Made by a program: the position numbers and the translations under genes
Virus record (IMG/VR): IMGVR_UViG_3300005512_000002
Location: 64,001 to 128,000 of that record
Direction: 5' to 3' (one strand)
From: a virus
Taxonomy: Duplodnaviria > Heunggongvirae > Uroviricota > Caudoviricetes
DNA length: 64,000 nucleotides
Shown: piece by piece, positions 48,301-55,912 of the stretch
Numbering within the stretch: the stretch's first letter is position 1
Layout: every line of letters begins with the position of its first letter
Notes under the pieces: model-generated
The model's input: the letters and a program-made list of their open reading frames with translations, nothing else
What the model was told of the DNA's origin: nothing
Databases searched by the model: none

Positions 48301-51300
48301 GGCCACGTTCTGACGCTGGGCGTCGGACAGGTCGTCCCACCGCTCGCGCAGCGAGGCCAGCACGTTGCGAGCGCTCATCATCCGGCCTTCGGTGTCGGCC
48401 ATGTAGATGCCGACATCCTGCAGGGCCTCGACGGCCTTCTGCTGCCGCAGGTGCTGGAAAATGAAGCGCATCGAGGTGCCGATCGACTCGCCGCTCTTGC
48501 GGGTGGCTTCGCCCACGGCGGCGGTAGAGCCCAGGAACTCCTCGAACGACAGGCCCGCCACCCGGGCACTGGTGCCGGCGGCCATGATGCTCTTGGTGAG
48601 CACCTTGGCGTTGACAGCGGTGGTGTTTTCGACCTCGTTCCAGGAGTCCAGAATGCGAATGCTTTCGCTGGCGGGGATCAGGAACTGCTTCTGGGCGGCG
48701 GTCAGGGCCTCGGTGGCTTCGACCAGCGACAGTTCGGTGACGTTGGTGGCCAGGACAGCCACCCGGGTCTGTTCGATGATCTCGTTTTGGCTTCGACCCT
48801 GCTGGGCGAAGATCTGCATGCCCTGGGTGATCTCATTGAGAGCCACGCCGAAGGTCGAGCCCATCTCCATGGCCGCCTTGGAGACCAGCCGCATGTCGGC
48901 GCCCAGCGGGTTCATCACCCGGCGGATCTTGATCAGCCCTTCTTCATAGTCGGACATGGTCCGCAGGGCATTGGAGAAGGTGGCGTAGCCGCCGTAGAGC
49001 ACGGTGGCCGCCGAGCCGTACAGGCCGGCGCGGGTAAAGGCGTCCATCCAGCGGGTGCCCAGGGGGCTCTTGGTATCACCCATGGCGCCCCGCCGCTTGG
49101 TGCCCGACAGTTCCGGGTGTGGCCGGTTGACGATGTCGGCCATGTCGCCACTGGCCGCCATGCCCCGACCCCCGGAAGCGGCCATGGACCCGCCGGGCCG
49201 GTAGGCCAGCATGCCCGGCCAGCCGCGTTGCTTGGCCGCGTCGGCTTCCACCAGGGTCGCCGACCGTTCCAGGGCCTTGCCCAGACGGCGGACGCTGTTG
49301 GTGGCCCGCACGGTCTGGTCGATGAACTGCTGGTTGGCGTAGAGTTTCCCGCGCGTGATCTGCAGCCGCTCCTGGTTCGGATGCTGCTGCAGGGCCGACG
49401 AGGCATTTTCAGCCGTATCGAACACCGCGACGATATTGCCGCCGGCGGCCATGCGCGATCCGGTCTCGTACTGCACGGCATAGGCATCGCGCAGCTTCTT
49501 GCGGTCCAGCCGCTGGTGCATGGCCCGGGGCTGGCCTTTGACCAGAATGGGCGGCTTGTCACCGTCCCCGGCCACCGGGCGCGGCTGCTGCTGAGCCAGC
49601 GGTCGCTCGTCGGTCTGTTCGACAGTCGTTACCGGCTTGGGGGGTACGGGTGTTCGCGGGGTGCCGCCGGCGGCCGGTGGTCCTTCCGGGCCCCGGGCGA
49701 CCAGGGCGGCGGTGTGCTGCTCGATGGCCTGGACCGCCGATTGAACGGCCTTGAGGGTGGTGGCGATGGTGTTTAGCTGCGTGTTCTCGACGGCCCGGCG
49801 GGCGGTCGGGGTCTTGGCAGCCACCTCGGCCATCAGGTCCTGGCGCATGGCGCTACTGACCTGGCGCAGCCGTTCGGAGTGGATCGGCTTACCCTTCTCG
49901 CCCTTGTCGTAGAGCAGTTCGCGGATATAGGCGTCGTTGAAACCCTGGCCACCCACCTGTTCGGCCAGGCGGTGCGATTTGCGCAGGACCCGTTCGGAGA
50001 CCTGGGCCACCTGCTTGGCGAATCCCGTCTCGTCTTCGAGGTTCACCTGGCCCTGCTGCCACCGCTTGTACATGCGGCGGCTGACTTCCCGGTCGATGGG
50101 GCTGGTGGCGAACTGATCGGCCCGGGTGCTCTGGCGGACGCGACCCGTCTTGGTGGTGTAGGCCGCGCCGCCGCCCTCCAGTCCGAAACGGATCATGGCC
50201 TCCTCGGGTGAGACCAGCGGGCGGACCGTGCGGCTGAAGCGTCGTGGTTGCTGCAGGCTTTCGTAGGTCAGGGTCTTGCCCAGCATCCGCTCGACCATTT
50301 GCATGCTGCGGGCCCCGCCGGTCTTGCGCAGACCGTGGCCCTGCAGGATGTTGAGCATGTAGTCCATGGGCGAGCGGCGGGAACTGACCATCGCCTCGCC
50401 CCGGGTGGCAGCCATCTGGGCCACCAGCATCTGGCCCATCATCTGGCTGTACTGGGCCTGGTTCTGGGGATCGAATGCCTGCTGGAAGAACTGGCGGACG
50501 GCCTGGCGGGAGGCCCCGGCCCGCTGGCCCTTGGGGGCCATGGCCGACGCCGACTCGCGGGCCGAGGTGACCAGGGGCGACAGGCTGCGTGGCAGGTTGA
50601 TGCCAAGCTGCTTGGCCATCTTCAGCGGATCATCGCTCTGCCGCATGGCGGCCATTTGGGCGGCCAGGGTCTGCAGGTAGCGGTGGCTGGCCGACTGATC
50701 GCCACCCTGGAAGCTGCGGCGGACCAGGCCCAGGGCCAGCAGGCTCTGCCGCGAGCCCAGGCCGCTCTGGGACAGGGCCGTGGCCATACCCCCCCGCACG
50801 TGGGCCGGGTCATAGCCGAGATTCTGCTGGGTGGGAATGCGGACCTGGGACAAGGCCCGCTGCAGGTAAGCCTGCGGATCGGCCTGGTATTGGCGGAGAT
50901 GTTGTTGAGGCCGCTGAAAACCAAACACGTCGCGCATGGCCTGTTCCATCACCCGCTTCTGGCGACGGATCATGCCTTGCTCGGCGACGCCGGTATTGAT
51001 CTGGTGCTGCTGCTGGACGTAGAGCGGCAGGTAGGCCATGCGCTGGCCCGTGCCACTGGACGGAGGTGGCCGGTCCATGGTTCCGGCCCCCACGGCCCGC
51101 TGCTGGTCGATGCGGATGCGCTGCTGCATACCGGCCGGCCAGGTGCGGCCGGCCTTGCTTTGCCCCGCGAAGCCGATGGCGGCCGCCTGCTGCTGTTTGA
51201 GCATGTTCGCCTGGCCCAGGGCCTGCACGATAGCCACCGTCTGATTGCTGATGGCGGTGACGATCGGCTGGGTGACCGAGCGCTGCATGGTGGCGGCCAG

Positions 51301-51882
51301 GGCACCGGCGTTGGCCTGCTGGCCGCCCGTGCCACCCTTGATGTTCATGGCCAGGGTCGCCATATCGGTGCGGAAGTCGGTCACCAGCTTGCGCATGGAC
51401 CCCCGGGCGGCGGCCAGGTCCTGCTGGAGCCCCTGGATCTGCAACTGGCCTGTCGCCTCGCGGCGGGTGGTGGCGGTGACCCGCTTGTAGCCGCGTTCCA
51501 TGGCGATTTCCATGGCCCGGGCGTTAATGTCGGATTCGCGCAGGCTGGCGGCGGGACGATGGACCGCCTGGCGTGCCCCGCCGGGCCCGCCCAGGGTCAT
51601 TTCGCGTTGCAGCATGCGCAGGTCACGGCGCAGGTCGGCGACATGGCGGCGAACCTGGCTCTGGCCGGCCTCCAGGGTCCGCACCCGTTCGGCCATCAGG
51701 GCCAGAGTGGCCTCCTTGCCCATCTTGTTGATGCTTTGCACCGTGGCTTCGATGGTGGGGCGCAACGAAGTCAGCCGCGTGGAGACGCGGTCGATATCGT
51801 TGACCACCTTGGCCAGTTCGTTGAGGCTCTGGCCTCGGACACTGACCTGCAGGGCCCAGATTTCCCCGCCGAATGCCGTCAT
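36394..51882 (-). CDS. Tail tape measure protein (5162 aa) with TP901-type core and inserted repeated domains
   Basis: Core near 49080-48100 (MSDYEEGLIKIRRV...FGVALNEITQGMQIFAQQG...SIGTSMRFIF); A/G/Q/R-rich helical composition; follows tube and chaperone genes. Confidence 0.9.
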   Translation of the reverse strand: MTAFGGEIWALQVSVRGQSLNELAKVVNDIDRVSTRLTSLRPTIEATVQSINKMGKEATLALMAERVRTLEAGQSQVRRHVADLRRDLRMLQREMTLGGPGGARQAVHRPAASLRESDINARAMEIAMERGYKRVTATTRREATGQLQIQGLQQDLAAARGSMRKLVTDFRTDMATLAMNIKGGTGGQQANAGALAATMQRSVTQPIVTAISNQTVAIVQALGQANMLKQQQAAAIGFAGQSKAGRTWPAGMQQRIRIDQQRAVGAGTMDRPPPSSGTGQRMAYLPLYVQQQHQINTGVAEQGMIRRQKRVMEQAMRDVFGFQRPQQHLRQYQADPQAYLQRALSQVRIPTQQNLGYDPAHVRGGMATALSQSGLGSRQSLLALGLVRRSFQGGDQSASHRYLQTLAAQMAAMRQSDDPLKMAKQLGINLPRSLSPLVTSARESASAMAPKGQRAGASRQAVRQFFQQAFDPQNQAQYSQMMGQMLVAQMAATRGEAMVSSRRSPMDYMLNILQGHGLRKTGGARSMQMVERMLGKTLTYESLQQPRRFSRTVRPLVSPEEAMIRFGLEGGGAAYTTKTGRVRQSTRADQFATSPIDREVSRRMYKRWQQGQVNLEDETGFAKQVAQVSERVLRKSHRLAEQVGGQGFNDAYIRELLYDKGEKGKPIHSERLRQVSSAMRQDLMAEVAAKTPTARRAVENTQLNTIATTLKAVQSAVQAIEQHTAALVARGPEGPPAAGGTPRTPVPPKPVTTVEQTDERPLAQQQPRPVAGDGDKPPILVKGQPRAMHQRLDRKKLRDAYAVQYETGSRMAAGGNIVAVFDTAENASSALQQHPNQERLQITRGKLYANQQFIDQTVRATNSVRRLGKALERSATLVEADAAKQRGWPGMLAYRPGGSMAASGGRGMAASGDMADIVNRPHPELSGTKRRGAMGDTKSPLGTRWMDAFTRAGLYGSAATVLYGGYATFSNALRTMSDYEEGLIKIRRVMNPLGADMRLVSKAAMEMGSTFGVALNEITQGMQIFAQQGRSQNEIIEQTRVAVLATNVTELSLVEATEALTAAQKQFLIPASESIRILDSWNEVENTTAVNAKVLTKSIMAAGTSARVAGLSFEEFLGSTAAVGEATRKSGESIGTSMRFIFQHLRQQKAVEALQDVGIYMADTEGRMMSARNVLASLRERWDDLSDAQRQNVAIAIAGTRRANDFYVLMERWDRAMDISVTALLSQGSAMRENEKTMQALNKQVAQLKAEWQGMWAAIGETGAINALKSVISLLRELLSSIGAINKLGGEALGGMAGTGLAIAAGASTVAMYGGYPLIMGLMHGNQSPQGGYGPQAAGFRGRGMAATGGLAATNLMADRMGPGQVVTGPGMGPAMPVPMVVPGRGPGRLMRKWGTGLGLMVGGHALRSWYDQAHENDQKVEPSRKWMHLASSGLEQAGFLRLFMREGAGLRGQGKLLPFMAGVSALSLTSQYLSDRKKEQQGNSRLGTSEQKVEELAGLSQTMDKTYSDLRDALQDLAGGQDIDPTRLHELTDRLTSVVPAFQGIGQGAEDLVQRLTRGRDQLEQAQQALRATEAINAREQILAKAGGSEYQKSIQKRAELERKMLGASAPTAKSAARTELTGVRQELAPMWSYWQAMGLRAGRANMGTAEALDPNLLKVVSQSADVSQGRAQREFLRKYITTASGQDVPNINELLGGQPIDKVLKEGFIQFKEGEPIFRLFDHQEVASTTEEIEQWKESLASSGRIFINAAGVLKGTPQINPQAINRLITNYGQTVNSLLRRNQELLTQQAWINQNYGAAAGGPQAQLVSGEGLRGLTRVGRTLVGIQGRGVQGIQPLNITDEGPGALARRISIGAGQVARASDNREGVSLRGLLSINADLLSRLRDTQIDVQRTGEAFFRQLARRGGAKNTDMDEEFGRSVGYIETTVQQLAGERYAEVRKLAEEAGAAQLAGKSDEARKFREAGMDLLREQASVMIREFVDRRGENVRNLVDEFSTFREQVVHGLAQQFSFERDLGRTRTPGRFLQTGDPAEQVQQLHLLRQVIRGGLLQQQVVLTDMQANGADPALIQETARSIAGLKSALSAMDQTIATLPDRIYALNAGLRDMQDRLAESGRATDRAGAYGLTGLNARQFAIQLLQGQRARAETSGGDPALRQNLLQGLNELIHQQQQQIAEERIRRQVLGQGALQSSMVSTIARRLGLPGGEGPEAYLASQQQMVMEAIQRMVTDASGALGNDPQAIRGFMSQAVERLAPMLAPMRQMGLLGDSNLQRQMLLASPSERAMGSQVMAMIGQGHSAQEIFGFPMMRQAARNNPMMGALLDQSIQADMHGPERILDLQQKMTEILANLPGVMQQLVDVLHNMQASPGAAVNANTAGAATGHAVDAQGRIARDNTKVTLHKGEIVLNAREAEDFQKNRFSQGSLSQPLQSVGMTPGGRGVSPMRAAMEEWRRLRQEGWQFQRVGEMRGSRNNLGGVWDVLDPQGRLIVNEEPTLRRAVEHASMRARMSSASGTAVRGGGKAPVWTMLDEYHSPEWEGARDHRYSVRHEPTRRIINIAMSTRDGVGYVEGISSADERGRPTPMTAPGQAGTVGTRDMLRLNRLIRDKHPDIDVLEAQRITGARADRYSRQHTLISLRQGGRAHKQQIMAAEAAAIRDAMAEASARPRAGSSLADTPEGRLLRAIRDAQPEPGSMAAAGSARSGRTSDPHHWSEVWRVVNARQRQLAGSEPGVTTHEYTMKHLPTGRMIDMDMDVHAGAGWAKIAGVAPRDVPGDPFHPRFAHTVGAGGIRDLQRFIQETHPTVRSIEAQRITGARRYLDAQRQMMRVNMQPGTERGSMASAGGSPSGRRPMDEIWQIYKEDHRPWTTTSTEHIYEAHHVPTGRAVRMSFDVEQGSRVGHIGGIWQKTDRGWSMDAQGLSNTVGTRGTLRLLRMIAARHPEVDMLEAQRITGARAGRHGMDQYTSISLRPGLRKREHLPRAMHAVLQSESVLPEVIEAGGPVGMDEMPPFEQVEPNSVRYRQYERRMAARSIGRALSQMRGQANESVLRRLNALAYEGGFDPTDLGESELNELYTSLRDEMATERGSDYRRVEANRLRFERNNHRLVQLYRALDERGMFSPYRDLNENRHPRGSMAAAGGRNISPFLRQMGVSSNIDVALSGSRPEDVATTSQALRLLKRHAQRYGLKPAQVDQLTRNLTIGREATVGPALPFMVTDQTVWEELAGASNQQVLERMRDLPRGEYPLRIRDGSEFARMTFGDIERLGTTGEHVRWRPGAGPRIDLGNVPRHLRGSSPSQFLAAILSEEVSHIGDVNILEKLPFALRSEYTPAGSTMTQPAEALPKHVAEGLGRMQRMLLGYVTREGDPLMRNALFTVMETYPQYAEAMNADRLGWLTQASGDTRSPTSAMAFVSEVLAKRNQLAAAGHQPLGYRHRMVQEALRSAGDLDQMLHEGQQGRPVSRATLERELAVRYRRITQALAGAGVEPQTTMELKQRFQDIREPGPGRIGRAARWLGGRAGTMRERFRNWRQGLYGLETASPTVAGTTAFGGGRAAARAYGVGYPGESFRGPSAGTGEISMVRSGQPYDPVSGRYQSWYADRMARARTRLYGPGEVTMVPAAEGYEVGSPSERWQRWYADRMQRHYERPTLAGRRPMGTVEPYGIDTNQLRVAQSEAVARAYHLRQGVPYAPPAGGLAGEQVGWPMLEGARRDRFGRPILPYDMDPFQAAAAEPGTYSDPFWSSRGAPGVRSGPHMRPSEALGGMPVLTGSGDYQTTAAAEEAMGRRAAETGVEAAAGERTPFGWRSRLGRWLSRRGMLGRAGTGIGGFLGGNVLRFGAMAAMLTGGHSALSQAFGQEKTDQLFDRALHPAMQKDFMRAIMHSWSRGQGAMWKMPLLERVPGWLAHEAERAMVARKTGQVTGWLGERMATGLIGRSGVAKAARGLEWLGGGVTKLMSGGGALQRVPAEFMGKRTMASLIGGGTRASETRLAGYLAENGLSRDLARRAARQMVGRSLGGTLAGKGEMVQAFVTRGMSREAATVAAEQLAASRAGMGTRLGQRLLGLSGEGKILGSTRAALTRTMGQKVGGKLGTMLLGAPGASFATSSIGGLASSANLLMSVELATSTPQWIMEGGNALGLISDKAMEGDMGAFAAAFQGAGAWGTLGWKTVTGQYGTYRRQVLDHVDEQLKHGGVQLIQTMFDNPLGEAESWSQWAGRSAQTAPIELLMTFAAMAGKELPFIRTYRRAVTEQERGDRMGVMGTMMARPMLLFATAESLQRHYPGLPVETVGGQRGMVDDAGNRDPRNVQAMRMLNLATGMAPMAGGPVKEQVSKLNSEIAWLGAPDSEDGLISRFSGWMGQTFSGGQTPKNYAQLLRQMQDRRSSLLRRRDYLTEQLERTVQSASGPGQRLNRFEITMGRNQGAGVAGMTMEQAFGYAEALRSYSPEGYTGLIGDASLRALDLLKREASFGGPVGIDPTWLTRLDTDNFREAWTHLAVNMGGHQTLGEMFDAIHGREGWGVSGRYASEWYMANQQGKTPAWLSDLDVPLVNTAAQAAGKQRGARALSQVDPKLFADIAARWEGAGQFSEQLGHLGELANTYEEYVRTHNERLTTLRGLSLMFLDSDGNPVPGANRNQLNSWMPTLQSHAAAVMDPYNRLTGGLNTLYQSFEGLPPEIQQAFIRKMVEQGMLSQEIYKSGKIPDPAAFLGLKNIPGATGIQELMARLQKAGVDLPEFASGTFAQSGSRDVDPEGRIRHDQTPAILHKGEIVLNRQQADRLTQNQFEQGTGDVLYASGWTYQQKRFQEELTRRESAEREQRDQQFLRDLQELDKAAKNRPQAPTGPMTDAEWFIADLNRQREHQRQMLYGPKPQSGPAGSTQAAPSVGRSAGSGPGWLSKFKMPNLQGVGKRASEFLAQASRGRQIQQSRQLEDWWNLEAKPSGGYEHMDLRDLYLEQGIKQRAVRDQETGDWRMVDIDGPHSEKYQQYQMQMARGKEINRLRRSGLSDANIRAKLGLGEDYQMPGGGASGGGPPGAAASGTPAEVSTPREQMDGLNGLVVQLQKTVDTFHQDMQQFMTDFASGGAGGKVEHSGAVTLTLDEGSKSVMDQLVSLLKQQQQGAGGPSPRDPADNATIEPHRQNNPTGYWWRTSPGAPSQGSNSG

Positions 51883-52955
51883 GCCTGCTGTTCCTCACCG
51901 GTGCGAACGCGGTAGCCCTGATTGATCTTGTAGGTCGTGCGGCCGGCCTGTTTCATGGGCCGGCGGCGACCCGAGCCGTCGATGTAGGTGACCGGTCCAC
52001 CGTCCTTTTTGACACCACCAATCGGGGCACCGGACTGGTTCTGCTGCCGGGCCTGGCGAGCCTTGGCCACCTGCTGATTGACCCAATTCTGCAAGGCCTC
52101 ATCGTCCTGGATCAGGTCATCACCCGGACATTCGGGGTGGGCCAGGACACTGTCGAAAAAGTCGCTCCACGAGATCAGGTTCAGCTTGTTCTGATCCCAG
52201 GTACTACCGAAGCCCTCGAACAGGGGCGTCCCGGACTCCTTGGCGGCCTTCCAGCGCTGCCGCCATTCGGGGGTTCGAGCCAGGGCCCTGATAATGGTTA
52301 CGCTCAAACCGGTCGAAACTCTCAAATGAGCTTTTCGGGATTCCAGCAGCAGCGTCACATCGTGGGTCTGCTCGTAACTGGCCCAATCGGGCCAGACCGG
52401 CTCATTGAGCAGGTCGCCACCCAGGGTGCAGCAGAAGGCTAGGAACGAGGCCCGGGCGTCCTGGGCCCGGTACTCGGCGCAGTTGGCGAAGACCACCTGC
52501 TCGACGGCCACAGCCTCGTTGAGCTTCTTCTCGGTGGCGGTGATCTGCTGGGCCAGCAGCACCTTGTGCTGGGGGCTGGTCGAGTCGTCGCGCTGCTTGA
52601 CCAGGCGTTTCAGGTGGTTGCCCAGGGCTTGTTTCTGGGCTCGTTCGACCGGATCGAACACGCCGTTCTCGACCGCGAAGGCTTCCATCTCGGCCTGGGT
52701 CATGAGACCAGCCGCCCGGCATTCGTTCAGCCGCCGGGCGTAGACCAGCCGGGCCTGGTCGATCTGGTTGCGGTCGGGCGTGCAACTGGCGTAGATGCTG
52801 CCGTGGACCTCGAACAGGTACTTGCCGTGGATCACCTCGACCAGCAGGTCGTTGATGTGCTCGGGCAGGACCTGGCCGTCACTGCCGATCAGGGCATCGT
52901 AGTCGAGCACCTGCAGCATGGCGGACTGCTCCTGCCGATCGGGCCGCACGCTCAC
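51879..52955 (-). CDS. Tail assembly chaperone-like protein 2 (358 aa; alternative ATG at 52922)
   Basis: Directly before TMP with ATGA overlap; paralogous to the upstream gene. Confidence 0.65.
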   Translation of the reverse strand: MSVRPDRQEQSAMLQVLDYDALIGSDGQVLPEHINDLLVEVIHGKYLFEVHGSIYASCTPDRNQIDQARLVYARRLNECRAAGLMTQAEMEAFAVENGVFDPVERAQKQALGNHLKRLVKQRDDSTSPQHKVLLAQQITATEKKLNEAVAVEQVVFANCAEYRAQDARASFLAFCCTLGGDLLNEPVWPDWASYEQTHDVTLLLESRKAHLRVSTGLSVTIIRALARTPEWRQRWKAAKESGTPLFEGFGSTWDQNKLNLISWSDFFDSVLAHPECPGDDLIQDDEALQNWVNQQVAKARQARQQNQSGAPIGGVKKDGGPVTYIDGSGRRRPMKQAGRTTYKINQGYRVRTGEEQQA

Positions 52956-53779
52956 GCGACCGGCTGTTCGACCGGCTCGTCCTCACTGACCAACTGGCCG
53001 GCCTCGGGCTCGTCGCTGGCCACGCCGGGGGCCACCTGCACCACCGGGTCCGGCTCGTCGGCCGGCGGCTCGTCGATCGGGTCGGGCGACTGGTCGATGG
53101 CCGACGGCTCGTCGGCGGGCACCTGGGCCGGGGCGTCCGGCTCGGTCTGATCGGCCTGATCGGTGGCTTGGGTCGTGGCGGTGGCTGGCGCGGGGGTCTG
53201 GAAGCTGGCCCAATCGCTTTCCAGGCCGGCCCGGAACATGGTCCACTCGTACATGGCGCGGCTGAGCAGCTTGTTGTCGGTCTCCTGCATCAGGTCATCG
53301 ACCGAGGGCCACAGCCGTTCGGCCTTCTCATCGCCGACGACCTCGACACTGCAGCACATGAGGAAGTTGCGATAGGCCTGGTCGGCCTTGGCATCGCAGG
53401 TGTGGGCCAGCATGGCTTCCAGGTCGCGCCGGGCCTCGTTGAGTTGGGTCATGGCCTCGCGGTGTTCGGTCTTGAGGTCTTCGGACGCCGTATCGCCGGC
53501 TTCCGAGAGGCGGTCCTCGATGGCCAGAGCATGCTGGCGCAGCTTTTGCACGCGGGCGTCGTCGGCCTCGGTCCAGAGTTCCGACTGTTTCAGGTGCTTC
53601 ATCTGCCGGGTGCTGGTGGGCAGGCCGAAGCGCAGGGCCATGTTAAAGGCCCTGGAGAACTCCATGTCGGCCATCTCCAGTTCACGGCGGGTGGCTTCGC
53701 GGACGCGAAGCTGGACCTCGGTGCTGTCGTCTTTGGTGGCGGTGAATGCGCGAGATGTCTGCTTGACCTGGTCGGCCAT
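52952..53779 (-). CDS. Tail assembly chaperone-like protein 1 (275 aa)
   Basis: Between tube and TMP; helical; acidic Pro-rich C-terminal tail. Confidence 0.65.
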   Translation of the reverse strand: MADQVKQTSRAFTATKDDSTEVQLRVREATRRELEMADMEFSRAFNMALRFGLPTSTRQMKHLKQSELWTEADDARVQKLRQHALAIEDRLSEAGDTASEDLKTEHREAMTQLNEARRDLEAMLAHTCDAKADQAYRNFLMCCSVEVVGDEKAERLWPSVDDLMQETDNKLLSRAMYEWTMFRAGLESDWASFQTPAPATATTQATDQADQTEPDAPAQVPADEPSAIDQSPDPIDEPPADEPDPVVQVAPGVASDEPEAGQLVSEDEPVEQPVA

Positions 53780-53862
53780 TGTCCTTCTCCTCTCCAGCCG
53801 GTGACGGTTTCCAGGCCGTAACCGGTTTGTTTGCCTTGCGTCCCGAGTCTCGCCTTGTGAGA

Positions 53863-53898
53863 CTTCCGGGTTGACTTCCGAGGGAATGCTTCCGGGGG
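53863..53898. repeat. Three degenerate CTTCCG(G/A)GG units
   Basis: cttccggg / cttccgaggg / cttccgggggg in intergenic DNA. Confidence 0.85.
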
Positions 53899-53962
53899 GT
53901 GCATGGGGCGGGCCCGGACCCGCAGGTCGATGGGGCCCGCCCGTGCATGCCGGTATGGGTTA

Positions 53963-54460
53963 TCAGGCGATCACGTCGTCATCGACGTAGCTGTCGGGGA
54001 TGTTCTCACCGGCCTCCCAGTCGCTGTTGGGCTCCCAACTGAAGTTGTCCTTCATGAAGGTCCAGATGGTGCCCGAGCCGTTGACGGTGCCGGAGGCATC
54101 GACCATGTCGGTATCGAGGGCGGCGGTGACGATGGCCACCGACGAGTTGCTGGCCAGGCCCAGGTCCACGGCGATCACCTTGCGCAACAGGTTCTGCACG
54201 GCGGTCACGCAAGCGGTCTGCAGGCTATCCACCTTGCTGACCGTGGCCTTGACCTGGGTATGCAGGGGCACGATGGCCTCGGTGATGTCGTCGTAGAGGT
54301 CCGAATCGGCGGCGCCGTTCTGGGCGAAGGTGCCGGCCATGGCCTTCTTGAGGGCGATCTGCTGCAGTTCGCCCCATCCGGTGGCGGCGGTGCCATGGAT
54401 GAAGATGATCTTGCCGATCAGCTTGAAGTAGTCCTGGATGGTTGCAAGGCTCAAGGTCAT
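53963..54460 (-). CDS. Hypothetical protein (165 aa), probably virion-associated
   Basis: GAGG SD; tail operon context. Confidence 0.65.
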   Translation of the reverse strand: MTLSLATIQDYFKLIGKIIFIHGTAATGWGELQQIALKKAMAGTFAQNGAADSDLYDDITEAIVPLHTQVKATVSKVDSLQTACVTAVQNLLRKVIAVDLGLASNSSVAIVTAALDTDMVDASGTVNGSGTIWTFMKDNFSWEPNSDWEAGENIPDSYVDDDVIA

Positions 54461-54515
54461 GGTTTCAGATCCTCATTGCGGGTGTTCGGTGTGCCTCTAT
54501 CCGGCTGGTGCCGGG

Positions 54516-54911
54516 TCAGTCTTGTCCACGCATGCGGACGCCCGGAGGCAGTTGCCAGGGCCCTTCGCCCTTGAGCACGATGCGTTGCACCACCTGATGT
54601 TCCAGGGCCTGCCAGATGACGAAACAGCCAAGCTGGTGTTCCAGGTCGCGTTTCTGGTTGTTGCCCGTGGTCAGCACGCGGTGTCGCAGGGCCTTGAACA
54701 GGCGTTCGTTGGCCGAGCCGTCGCCCCGTTCGTGGGGCAGTGCTTCCTCCAGGGCCACCAGGGCGTCGGTCCACAGGTCCTGCAGGGCCTTGTCGATCCT
54801 GGCCTTGAGGGCCAGGCGATCGGGGTTGCAGTCCTTGAGGGCCTGCTGCACTTTCTGCATGGACGCCAGCGATTCCTGATCCGCATCCGCTACTGCCTGT
54901 GGGTCAGCCAT
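54516..54911 (-). CDS. Hypothetical protein (~131 aa)
   Basis: GGAG 6 nt before ATG at 54911; helical composition. Confidence 0.6.
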   Translation of the reverse strand: MADPQAVADADQESLASMQKVQQALKDCNPDRLALKARIDKALQDLWTDALVALEEALPHERGDGSANERLFKALRHRVLTTGNNQKRDLEHQLGCFVIWQALEHQVVQRIVLKGEGPWQLPPGVRMRGQD

Positions 54912-54979
54912 GTCCATCTCCAATCCTGTGCCTGGGAAACTTCCGGGGGTCGCGGGCCCGCGCCGTGCGGGCTCACGGG

Positions 54980-55912
54980 TTAGTCAAGGGTCGCAGCCGG
55001 CGGCTCGTCCAGCGGGACCTGCAGGTCGGCCACCGTGTAGTTGAACGTGTAGGCCCGGTAGCGGCCCACGGCCATGGTCTCGGACTCATCGACCTTCGAC
55101 AGGTCGATGGCCTGGACGATCTGGCCACTCCAGCCACCGGCCTGGCCGGTCTCGCCAGTCTGCCCGCCGCCGGAGACCACCAGCGTGTCGAACCGCTCGT
55201 AGGCCGTGCGGTCGGTGACCTGGTAGACTTCCAGATCGGCGGAAATGTCGATGGGGTAAGTGGTTACGAACTGCACCGGCAGCACCGAACGCACGTCCAG
55301 CACGTTGTCGCGGTTGATCCTGGCGTTGAAGTTCAGGCTCTGCAGGCCGGCGGGCAGGTTGCCGTCGGCGATGGTGGTCGGCGAGCCGTCGGTGTCCAGG
55401 ATGGTCACCCCGTCGCCGGCCTCGCCGCCGCCGGTCGCCGCGATGGCGATGCCCGAGGCGTCGTCGCCCACGACCACGGCGAACGGGTCCTCCTCACCGT
55501 GGCGGACGGTCGCGGACTGTTCGGCGAGCATGGCCAGGGTGCTGGCGATCGAGGCGGTCAGGAACCCGTAGGTGGCGGTGGCCGGGTTGCCGGCGGTGAA
55601 GGAGATCGACACGTTGGTGAGCACGTACTCCTCCAGGCCCACGTCCACGCTCTGCAGCGCGTACTTGTAGACGCTGGTGTTGGCCGAGGCCACCTCGGTC
55701 TGCTCGGTGATCACCACGTCGATGGACACGTCCGAGGTGATGATGCCTCGGGTGAAGTCCACCACGCCGAGATAGCCGACGGCCTGTTGCATCTGCTTGG
55801 GCGTGTGCCGACCGACGGTAATGGACTGGATGGCGTTGGAGCCGTGCAGGATGCCGGTGGCAACCATCAGGCCGCTTTCCAGGTCCACGAAGTCGTGCGT
55901 GTAGATGGGCAT
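54980..55912 (-). CDS. Major tail tube protein (~310 aa)
   Basis: AIQSITVGRHTPKQMQQAVG and LQSLNFNARINRDNVLDVRS strands typical of tube proteins; position between neck and chaperone genes; GGAG SD. Confidence 0.7.
   Translation of the reverse strand: MPIYTHDFVDLESGLMVATGILHGSNAIQSITVGRHTPKQMQQAVGYLGVVDFTRGIITSDVSIDVVITEQTEVASANTSVYKYALQSVDVGLEEYVLTNVSISFTAGNPATATYGFLTASIASTLAMLAEQSATVRHGEEDPFAVVVGDDASGIAIAATGGGEAGDGVTILDTDGSPTTIADGNLPAGLQSLNFNARINRDNVLDVRSVLPVQFVTTYPIDISADLEVYQVTDRTAYERFDTLVVSGGGQTGETGQAGGWSGQIVQAIDLSKVDESETMAVGRYRAYTFNYTVADLQVPLDEPPAATLD

Noticed and set aside
40822-49776. Long plus-strand ORFs (also 1713..5486, 6183..8309, 33297..35615 and others)
   Set aside because: Antisense shadows of real minus-strand genes in GC-rich DNA; no motifs or SD sites.
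52940-53200. Programmed -1 frameshift between the chaperone genes
   Set aside because: No slippery heptamer seen near the first gene's end; the second ORF has its own start and is a full paralogue.
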